Source: a virus. Taken from it: a DNA stretch of 29,432 nt. The stretch is from IMG/VR virus record IMGVR_UViG_3300017971_000177, one strand, 5' to 3'. How positions within the stretch are numbered: position 1 is the first letter of the stretch; each line of letters opens with the position of its first letter. Positions 22,463 to 29,432 of this stretch are shown here, in pieces. A program made the position numbers and the translations under genes. Below the pieces are notes generated by a model, which had not been told where the DNA came from, did no database searches, and saw nothing but the letters and a program-made list of their open reading frames with translations.

Positions 22463-25127
22463 ACTACAATATACTGCTTTAGACGGGAGTCATACACAAA
22501 TCGACTTTTTTAAGGATTATTTTCCTTTAACTGATGAATATGTTAACAGGGTTGAAGCTGATCAAGGTGTTGTTGAAGCTGAAAGTTGTGTTACTCGGTT
22601 TATATATGGTCAGGGAGATGATATAGTTGACATGTGTGGTTCCGAGGAGCCTTTACTGATCAACTGGGGTAACGGTGATCATAACGCTACTACATTGCCT
22701 AGTTCAGCCACGCTTAACTTAGTTATACGTAACCTTGATGAAAGAGCAGCCCTGGAAGATGTTTTTAATGGAGGGTGGGTAATAATAGTGTATAAAGATA
22801 CTAATGTATTCTGGAGGGGAAAGATTACCGATACACTTAACATTGAACAGTACAAAGAATATCCATACCGTCTCAGTCTTAACTGCAACGATGGTGTAGG
22901 TGAAACTAAAAACAATCAATTCCTTACGATCGATTTTCCTGAACCATGGCCGAACAAAGTAAATGTATTACAGTTAATAACTAAATTAATTAATAAGTTT
23001 CTTTATCCTAACGATGAATACAAACTGTTCGTATCATTTAACTTATATCCTGATGGGACCATTGATGACGGCCGCAGGCTTGAGTATGTTTATCTCGACC
23101 CTTTGGTATTCATGGACTACGATCAAGACCAGTACATACGTAACAGTGACCTGATTGACTCTTTACTTGGTATACTTGATCTCAGGATGTTTCAGTGGGG
23201 TGGTAATTGGTACTTAATGTCCAAAGACGCCCCCTGGAACGCTGGGAATATCCAACTAACTGAATACGATGTAGTTGATGAAACGCCTGTTTATATTAGC
23301 AGGACCACGTTGAACCAGGGTATACTCGATCTTTACAAATGTATTTACGGTGAAGACGTTCAAATCAGGGGTACAGCAAACATTAATTTCATTGCTCCTT
23401 TGAGACAGGTCGTGTTAAGTCAGCAATTCCAGATGAACAGTAATATCTTACCGGCTTTTGCTAACAGGGGTGCTAACTTCTACAGGGGTTTTGATGGTGT
23501 TGATCTTGAGTATAATCCTGCACCTATAGCAAACAGGATGAGGCACTGGACAAACGTCAATAATTTTAACGGAATACCTTATACATTACAAGATAACGCA
23601 GGGTATTTACAGGTTCCAGTATTTAGCCCCGGTGGTGAGTTAAACAGTAGTGCTTATGTTGAATGGACTATTGATCCTGAGATTCAATTTGACAGGTTCT
23701 TTTTTGCTATTAACTCAGTTCAAACATTTAGAAACAATATACTTAATCAAAGGCAAGATAAAGTAGGTATAAAACGAGTAGTTGAGATCAGGTATACTTC
23801 CGTTGGTGGTACTCATTACTATTTTTGGCGTAACAATCCTAATACTATTAATGACCCTGAAGCTTTTGACGGTTGGACGACTGATGCCAGGCAATACCGC
23901 TGGGATTTTAGTGATCCTATCAGTCTTGAGTCGCTTATGCCTGAGGATGCTTTGTGGACAGGTGGTACGTTCAGATTTACCTTTTATAATGGGTACGATG
24001 AAAACTTTTTCCTTCCTGATTATTACCTATTATACAGTGGCCTTCAGCTTGGTATCATTACTGCAGGGTATAAAATACTACCAGAGGAGCAAAAGACTAA
24101 CTGGTTAAAGAAAGGCATGTTGCCTATATTAGGTGAATTGTTATTGTCTCCTATGCCAATTGGTATATGGACAATGTACTATGGAACGAAGCACATACAG
24201 CAAAAGAAAAGGGATAAAAGACTCAAAAGTCAAATCGGTAATGATGCTCAACTTAATTTTCAGACTACAGATATTGACTGGGATAATGATCTTGTAGTTG
24301 ATATTAACCCTAATTCCAGGTCGCAGTTGAATATGGCTTACCGTATTGGTATTACTTATGCAGGTCTTAAAAGTTACCATGATATTCACCTTAGTTCGTT
24401 CTATGACATTTCAGGTGTTTCACTTGAGTCATGGCTTGATCAGTCAGAAGTATTTAAGCAGGGTGGCGAAACAACCGTATTGGACCTTATTACGTGGAGA
24501 GGCAGGCAATTCATCCGTGATAATTCAACTTATACAACCCAGTTATCAGGTGAATGGAGATCATCAAACATTACTCCGTTTCAGTTAGTTAATGATTTTG
24601 AGGGGCGTATCTACCAGGCATTTAAGCTGCAGTGGCGTGATTACAGGGCTACCTGGGATAATATATACACTGAATTTAAGGCTTTACAAAACGTTGATGG
24701 TTTACCACTTGTGTGCGACTTTAACCAGTATGCTTTTGATGACAGTTTCTGCAAAGGTTCTGGTGGTCAGCCTGTTCCGGGTATTCAATACAACTGGTTG
24801 ATAGGTACAGATGGTGTTGACTTTGGTTTCTGGTTGAACGTGGAACCTCCTCAAGGTTTCATATCTCCTACAGATTTTGAAGGTGAAGGAATAACTAAGT
24901 TAGCTAATGTAGGGGGAAGTACGATCGAACTGTCCCTTGGATTAATATCTCCCACCTTACTTCCGGGAGTATCAAAAATTGAATTATATTTGCTTGAGTT
25001 AGACGAGGTCATCGATATGACGCCTACACCAAGTAATACATATTCAGGAAGTTATACAGGTATACGTACTTATCTTGAGGGTAAAGAAAACGATACCTTG
25101 AAAATAACACTTAAGGCAATCGAATAA
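22416..25127 (+). CDS. Large distal-tail/baseplate-hub protein (Dit-like N-terminus fused to a long C-terminal extension)
   Basis: About 900 aa, directly after the tape measure gene. There is no ATG near the 5' end: candidate starts are TTG at 22416 and GVG-context GTG at 22449. Confidence 0.65.
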   Translation: MQLSIVKTSDKVSIYRLQYTALDGSHTQIDFFKDYFPLTDEYVNRVEADQGVVEAESCVTRFIYGQGDDIVDMCGSEEPLLINWGNGDHNATTLPSSATLNLVIRNLDERAALEDVFNGGWVIIVYKDTNVFWRGKITDTLNIEQYKEYPYRLSLNCNDGVGETKNNQFLTIDFPEPWPNKVNVLQLITKLINKFLYPNDEYKLFVSFNLYPDGTIDDGRRLEYVYLDPLVFMDYDQDQYIRNSDLIDSLLGILDLRMFQWGGNWYLMSKDAPWNAGNIQLTEYDVVDETPVYISRTTLNQGILDLYKCIYGEDVQIRGTANINFIAPLRQVVLSQQFQMNSNILPAFANRGANFYRGFDGVDLEYNPAPIANRMRHWTNVNNFNGIPYTLQDNAGYLQVPVFSPGGELNSSAYVEWTIDPEIQFDRFFFAINSVQTFRNNILNQRQDKVGIKRVVEIRYTSVGGTHYYFWRNNPNTINDPEAFDGWTTDARQYRWDFSDPISLESLMPEDALWTGGTFRFTFYNGYDENFFLPDYYLLYSGLQLGIITAGYKILPEEQKTNWLKKGMLPILGELLLSPMPIGIWTMYYGTKHIQQKKRDKRLKSQIGNDAQLNFQTTDIDWDNDLVVDINPNSRSQLNMAYRIGITYAGLKSYHDIHLSSFYDISGVSLESWLDQSEVFKQGGETTVLDLITWRGRQFIRDNSTYTTQLSGEWRSSNITPFQLVNDFEGRIYQAFKLQWRDYRATWDNIYTEFKALQNVDGLPLVCDFNQYAFDDSFCKGSGGQPVPGIQYNWLIGTDGVDFGFWLNVEPPQGFISPTDFEGEGITKLANVGGSTIELSLGLISPTLLPGVSKIELYLLELDEVIDMTPTPSNTYSGSYTGIRTYLEGKENDTLKITLKAIE

Positions 25128-26593
25128 TGGCAGTTAAGACACGACAAGAGCTACTTGATTACTGGAATAGTAAAATAATTCAGAATAGTAATCAGGCTAT
25201 TACAGGTCAGATCATGAACCAGGGCGGTGTTGATATTATCGACTCGATGGCGATGGGTACTGATGCTAGTAACGCGATGAACTGGAAAAACAAGTGGGCT
25301 GCCGGTACCTATAATATCAATGATGTTGTAAGGGATGGAGACTGGACAATGGTTGCCAATAAAACAACTACTGAACGCCCTGCACCGCAATTGGTAGGAG
25401 ACCCTATATATCTGTTTCCAGGCACATTGAATGGTGTAGGCAGTCCGAGTGCTTCACAGGTGATCGTAGGGCAGAGATATACGCCTCCAGTAGACAAGCT
25501 CATAACAGGCTTCAGGATATATACTGACGCAGGGCAGAAGTACGGGGTCTATATTGTTACTGACCCAACAGGCACACCGCAGTTCAACCAGGTGGCATCG
25601 TTCACTGCTACTACAACAGGGTGGGTAGCAATCAACACGAGTAATGTCTTTATTGATGCAGGTGAGGCTTTTGATCTTATTGCAACTATCAATCCTGACA
25701 ATACGCCTACAAACACCAATGCTACTTATGTTTACACTACTCCTCAAAATACTGCTGTTCCATTAGCAGGGCAAATCATTCACGCTAATAACGCTATTGA
25801 TGAACTGTGGATAAGTACAACTGATAACAACGCTACTGACCGCAGTGCTTTACTTGCATCGTTGAAACTTGGTGATGTAATAGTCAGTGAAGGGCAATCG
25901 TGGACAGTACAGGGCAATACCAATGCAGGCACGTACCATATCATCCAGGTGGTACCAACAATACAGTTGGTTGTTGACGGCACTTTCACCTTCCAGTTCC
26001 AAGTCTATCCTGTTGCTACTATTTTAAGACAGCAGGCAACAGATGAGTGGCCTGGTGATCCTGAAGTGAGCGGATTGCTTGCTGTTGATACTGGTTATGA
26101 TACAATCGTTCCTGATGATAACCAGTACAATGTTGATATTCAATACCAGGATATAAGATTCTCAGATGATTGGGATATACTGGCGTTCTCCGGTCAACAA
26201 GAAACTTGGGAGCCTGATTACAATTTTGAAAAGGTCAGTGCATTTACAGTTACTTCACAGCAGCCGACCTACGATACTGTTGCAAGGCTGCCTATCAACA
26301 TTCCAGCAGGATTGACTACTTATGAGATCAAGTTTTCGTGGACTTATACATTGAACAGTACGGTCAATAGTGCTTATTTTAGGTTTAGTATTGATGATGG
26401 TGCAACGTGGAGTACATTCCAGGAAGAGCCAAAAGATATAACCGATCAGAGACCGAGGTACTATGCTTTTCCAAGAACGTACAACGAGGAGAATGTAGTG
26501 CAGAGCGGTTTGGTTTTCGAGGCTGCTAAGGGCAACGTAAGTGATGTAATGACAATTGACTTTTTAGATGTTATTTTTCAAAAAGTGCAATGA
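25127..26593 (+). CDS. Tail fibre / receptor-binding protein candidate
   Basis: 488 aa, TAATG-coupled. The N-terminus TRQELLDYWNSKIIQNSNQAITGQIMNQGGVDIIDS resembles fibre N-termini. Confidence 0.5.
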   Translation: MAVKTRQELLDYWNSKIIQNSNQAITGQIMNQGGVDIIDSMAMGTDASNAMNWKNKWAAGTYNINDVVRDGDWTMVANKTTTERPAPQLVGDPIYLFPGTLNGVGSPSASQVIVGQRYTPPVDKLITGFRIYTDAGQKYGVYIVTDPTGTPQFNQVASFTATTTGWVAINTSNVFIDAGEAFDLIATINPDNTPTNTNATYVYTTPQNTAVPLAGQIIHANNAIDELWISTTDNNATDRSALLASLKLGDVIVSEGQSWTVQGNTNAGTYHIIQVVPTIQLVVDGTFTFQFQVYPVATILRQQATDEWPGDPEVSGLLAVDTGYDTIVPDDNQYNVDIQYQDIRFSDDWDILAFSGQQETWEPDYNFEKVSAFTVTSQQPTYDTVARLPINIPAGLTTYEIKFSWTYTLNSTVNSAYFRFSIDDGATWSTFQEEPKDITDQRPRYYAFPRTYNEENVVQSGLVFEAAKGNVSDVMTIDFLDVIFQKVQ

Positions 26594-26799
26594 AACAATG
26601 GAGACCGTCAGACTGGATAGCAATAGGGCTTTTGGGGCTTATTTATATCTACCTGATATTTGTGTTTATACTAATGTTAACGGGAAAGGATAAACTGGAT
26701 AATGACGCTGGCGTAAGAACTAAAGAAATAATAATTTACATCCTGGGTGTGCTTTCAGGGTATATCGGGATAAAAAAAGTAAAACAAAATGGCAACTAA
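26590..26799 (+). CDS. Small membrane protein with two TM helices (holin-like), embedded in the fibre module
   Basis: WIAIGLLGLIYIYLIFVFILML and IIIYILGVLSGYIGI. ATGA coupling. Confidence 0.6.
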   Translation: MKQWRPSDWIAIGLLGLIYIYLIFVFILMLTGKDKLDNDAGVRTKEIIIYILGVLSGYIGIKKVKQNGN

Positions 26800-27829
26800 C
26801 TTCTACGACAAGGCATCATTGGTCCTGATACCTTCGGGTTATAAAGCAGGCAAACTCTATTCTGTCAAACCTACTGATGGTACTGGCGACTTCACTTTCA
26901 GTCGTGCTACAGGGTATTCATCCAGGACAGGACCAACCGGCAAGATCCAGGAAGTTGCTGACAACACTCCACGACTTCAATACCCTAAGTGTCCTGCGGT
27001 GTTGCTTGAACCGAGTAGGGAGAATTTGTTTCTCAACAGCGATGTAGGGGCAACTCAAACAATAACAGTTGTTAGTGGTTCAGACTATGCCATCTACTTT
27101 CTTGATGGTGATGGGCAGATTGATTTGACTGGTGCTACTACTGCAACGGTGACTAAAAGCGACCTTGACTTGTCAGGAGCGTATCTGTTCACAGCAGGCA
27201 GCACATCACTGACTTGTACTGTAACTGGTACTGCTAATATGGTTCAGTTAGAATTAGGCACCTACCCCACAACCTACATTAAGACTGAGGGGAGTACTGT
27301 TACGAGGGCTTTGGAAAACCTTTTATTGACAGGCATTGATACAAGCGGTATCCTAACAGGGGCAACAGGCACATTGTTTTTCAAACAGGTATCATTGAAT
27401 AATGATGCGGAAACAAAAAGGATTTCCCTTAGTGATGGAACATCAGCAAACAGGCTTGTTTTAGCGTTCAATTCTGATAGTACAATTTCTTCGTTTATGC
27501 AGATTGCAGGGGTTACGGTTGCATCCAATCCTGTTGTTGGGTTCACTTATGATGCAGGGCAAACAATTAACGCCTGTGTTGCTTGGGGTGGTTCTGATTT
27601 CAAGGTATCGCTTAATGGAGAACTGTTTGCAGGCTCATTGACAGGAACTCCGATAGCATTTCCCAATTTCAATACCTTAGACCCTATTGGTTCAAGATAC
27701 TATGGGGAGATTGATGAAATGCTCATATTCCCCACCGCCCTGACCGATGATGAACTTTTTGAACTGACCAATCCTGAGTGGACCTCCTACTCACAGATGG
27801 CACAGGCATTAAATTATACACTGATATAG
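26789..27829 (+). CDS. LamG/concanavalin-like fibre-associated protein, paralogue 1
   Basis: AVLLEPSRENLFLNSD, LELGTYPTTYIKTEGSTVTR and the C-terminal YYGEIDEMLIFPTALTDDELFELT (LamG-type end). Confidence 0.65.
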   Translation: MATNFYDKASLVLIPSGYKAGKLYSVKPTDGTGDFTFSRATGYSSRTGPTGKIQEVADNTPRLQYPKCPAVLLEPSRENLFLNSDVGATQTITVVSGSDYAIYFLDGDGQIDLTGATTATVTKSDLDLSGAYLFTAGSTSLTCTVTGTANMVQLELGTYPTTYIKTEGSTVTRALENLLLTGIDTSGILTGATGTLFFKQVSLNNDAETKRISLSDGTSANRLVLAFNSDSTISSFMQIAGVTVASNPVVGFTYDAGQTINACVAWGGSDFKVSLNGELFAGSLTGTPIAFPNFNTLDPIGSRYYGEIDEMLIFPTALTDDELFELTNPEWTSYSQMAQALNYTLI

Positions 27830-27831
27830 AT

Positions 27832-29085
27832 ATGGCAACTCCAACATTGATACTCGGAAATAACGATTGGGCTACCAAAGACGGCAAGCTCCTCGGATAC
27901 TATCAGAATAAGGGATACTACTTCCCCCGAGAATTTACCTTTTCCCGAACTTCTGAGGGTACATACATTGGCAGGGATGGGCTGATTAAAACTGCTGATG
28001 CAGGGATAGCGAGGGTGGACTTTCAGAATAACCCTAATGGTGCTTTGCTGTTAGAGCCTGCGAGGACTAATATTGGTCTGTGGAGTGAGGATATAAGCCA
28101 ATGGAATTTGAGTTTTGCAACTGTTCAGGATGGTTTTACAGACCCATTTGGTGGGAATAAGGCATTTCAAGTTGACTTTGCACCTGAAGTTGATGGAACT
28201 TGGCCTTCTTTTATCAGGCAGGGTGTTACTACTTTTGCTGACGTTGTTCATACATCAGCGCTGTACTGCAAGTATGTGGACATTCAATACCTGAAATTTG
28301 TATTGGATGGTAACTCAGCACCTATGGTTTTTGACCTGACTGATGGTAGTGTTATTGAAAATGATACATCGGGTACTTGGTATGTTAAATCACCTGAAGT
28401 TACTGATATGGGTAATGGTTGGTGGAAGATTGTCTTCTATAGGAATGAAACAGCATTTGGTTCAAACAAGCCAAATATGTACTTTTTTGTAGGTAACAAC
28501 GCATTAGATACCCTCAACCCTAATGTTGGGAGCGTACAGGTGGCTTTTGCACAGGTAGAACAAGGCTCCTACCCAACTTCCTACATCAAGACCGAAGCGA
28601 GTACGGTTAATCGGGGGATTGACGATATAGCTTATAGTAGTCTGCAAAATGGAGTTTTAGGTACTGATTCAGGAACCTGGTTTATGCACTATCAATGGCT
28701 TAATCAAATAGGAGGTGCTACATCTGCTGTCCATATCAGGAAATCAGCTTGGAATAATGAAAGTTTCTACCTGTACAACTATGAAAATACTGTTAGGATT
28801 GGCAGTACAACACCTGTAGAAACACTATGTTTTCATACCTTAACCGGGGATGAAGTAGGAAAACCTGTAAAAGTAGCTTTGAGTTGGGATGCAGGGGTGT
28901 ACCAAAAAGCGTATGTTAATGGAGTTGACCGTTCAGCAGCAAATATTGGAGATGCTACAGCCTATGCTTTTACTCATTTAGGGTTAGGTAATGTATCAGG
29001 ATTAACTGCTAATGGACTGATATGGGAGATGCGGTTTTATCCTACAGCCCTGACAGACACTGAACTTGAACAATTAACCTCATAA
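27832..29085 (+). CDS. LamG/concanavalin-like fibre-associated protein, paralogue 2
   Basis: ALLLEPARTNIGLWSED, VEQGSYPTSYIKTEASTVNR and IWEMRFYPTALTDTELEQLT. The ATG at 27832 lies 2 nt after the upstream stop; the track start at 27778 is GTG. Confidence 0.65.
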   Translation: MATPTLILGNNDWATKDGKLLGYYQNKGYYFPREFTFSRTSEGTYIGRDGLIKTADAGIARVDFQNNPNGALLLEPARTNIGLWSEDISQWNLSFATVQDGFTDPFGGNKAFQVDFAPEVDGTWPSFIRQGVTTFADVVHTSALYCKYVDIQYLKFVLDGNSAPMVFDLTDGSVIENDTSGTWYVKSPEVTDMGNGWWKIVFYRNETAFGSNKPNMYFFVGNNALDTLNPNVGSVQVAFAQVEQGSYPTSYIKTEASTVNRGIDDIAYSSLQNGVLGTDSGTWFMHYQWLNQIGGATSAVHIRKSAWNNESFYLYNYENTVRIGSTTPVETLCFHTLTGDEVGKPVKVALSWDAGVYQKAYVNGVDRSAANIGDATAYAFTHLGLGNVSGLTANGLIWEMRFYPTALTDTELEQLTS

Positions 29086-29087
29086 CT

Positions 29088-29399
29088 ATGAACAAGACAA
29101 TTATCAATTTAATCCTCGTATTGGGTGGTGCAATCCTTCTGATACTTGCAGGCCAGAACGAGGCTGTAATGCACGTAATAGGTGATGAACTTTCCTTTGC
29201 CATAGGTGGGTTGTTATTTGGTGCTATCCTTGTCTTTGGCATCATAGTGGCTATCAGGGTCAATAAGCCTGAAACTACACCAACAAGGGCTGAGAAAATA
29301 TCCAAACAGGTTGCCTGGGAGATTATGGATGCTGAGGATCAGGAGACCAGAAAGAAGTTATTTGAAACACTTAAAAAGGAGTTTGAAAATGGCAAATGA
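29088..29399 (+). CDS. Membrane protein with two TM helices and a charged C-terminal tail (holin candidate)
   Basis: IINLILVLGGAILLILAG and GGLLFGAILVFGIIVAI, followed by a Lys/Glu-rich tail. Confidence 0.6.
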   Translation: MNKTIINLILVLGGAILLILAGQNEAVMHVIGDELSFAIGGLLFGAILVFGIIVAIRVNKPETTPTRAEKISKQVAWEIMDAEDQETRKKLFETLKKEFENGK

Positions 29400-29432
29400 G
29401 AAATACGACAGTTACACCTTTGCTGATGAAGC
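29389..29432 (+). CDS. 5' end of junction-spanning hypothetical late protein (continues at 1..509)
   Basis: ATG at 29389 overlaps the TGA of the preceding ORF (ATGGCAAATGA). MANEKYDSYTFADEA continues in frame into position 32 onward. Confidence 0.75.
   Translation, partial: MANEKYDSYTFADE
29402..29432. repeat. Terminal direct repeat, copy 2 (identical to 1..31)
   Basis: Exact 31-nt identity with the window start. Confidence 0.95.

Noticed and set aside
1136-25989. Numerous 60-125-aa antisense or out-of-frame ORFs in the track, for example 1136..1363, 3624..3836, 4910..5176, 6686..6943, 7917..8204, 8556..8864, 9990..10292, 12937..13221, 13782..14153, 16989..17324, 21796..22095, 23782..24108 and 25454..25747.
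   Set aside because: Each lies wholly inside a longer ORF on the other strand or frame that has clear motif or synteny support. Their translations are low-complexity or Cys/Ser/Leu-rich, as is typical of shadow ORFs.
26789-29085. A diversity-generating retroelement (template/variable repeat) acting on the two LamG fibre genes.
   Set aside because: The shared segments are diverged paralogous coding sequence with substitutions of all types. There is no reverse transcriptase gene and no near-identical noncoding template copy.
1-29432. tRNA genes, rRNA, integrase/att sites or a lysogeny module.
   Set aside because: The intergenic regions are short or AT-rich repeats with no cloverleaf-compatible sequence that I could find. 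No tyrosine or serine recombinase motifs appear in any ORF.

Overview
The window is a complete, circularly closed genome of a small tailed dsDNA phage. Bases 1..31 are identical to 29402..29432, so the unique length is about 29.4 kb, and one gene reads straight across the join. The morphogenesis genes are HK97-like with a long non-contractile tail (siphovirus-like). The host is probably Bacteroidota-like: most highly expressed genes lack a Shine-Dalgarno sequence, and TAnnTTTG-type -7 boxes precede several operons.

Layout:
- Minus-strand early operon (9.8 kb down to 0.48 kb): two RHH regulators, a broken HNH-AP2 endonuclease, a YqaJ-type exonuclease, a C5-cytosine methyltransferase, a dUTPase, a T4 gp42-like dCMP hydroxymethylase homologue, an SF3 helicase and a VRR-NUC nuclease.
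- Repeat-rich divergent control region (9.85-10.15 kb), followed by a lone plus-strand gene that may be the small terminase.
- Self-contained minus-strand accessory cassette (10.6-11.85 kb).
- A 700-bp noncoding tract containing AT-rich repeats and a GC-rich array of six phased iterons.
- terL on the minus strand, divergent from the late operon.
- Plus-strand late operon: portal, protease, capsid, connectors, tail tube, frameshifted chaperone, tape measure, tail tip and fibres. It runs off the window end and wraps round to 509.

No tRNA, CRISPR array, integrase, DNA polymerase or recognisable endolysin was seen.

Best leads:
- A compact cytosine-C5 modification module.
- A strong but regionally patchy excess of CCWGG.
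- The iteron island next to terL.
- An ~18-aa motif shared by three unrelated virion proteins.
- An HNH-AP2 gene split by one in-frame TAA.

All calls come from reading the sequence and ORF translations by eye. No database search was possible, and motif counts are hand counts.
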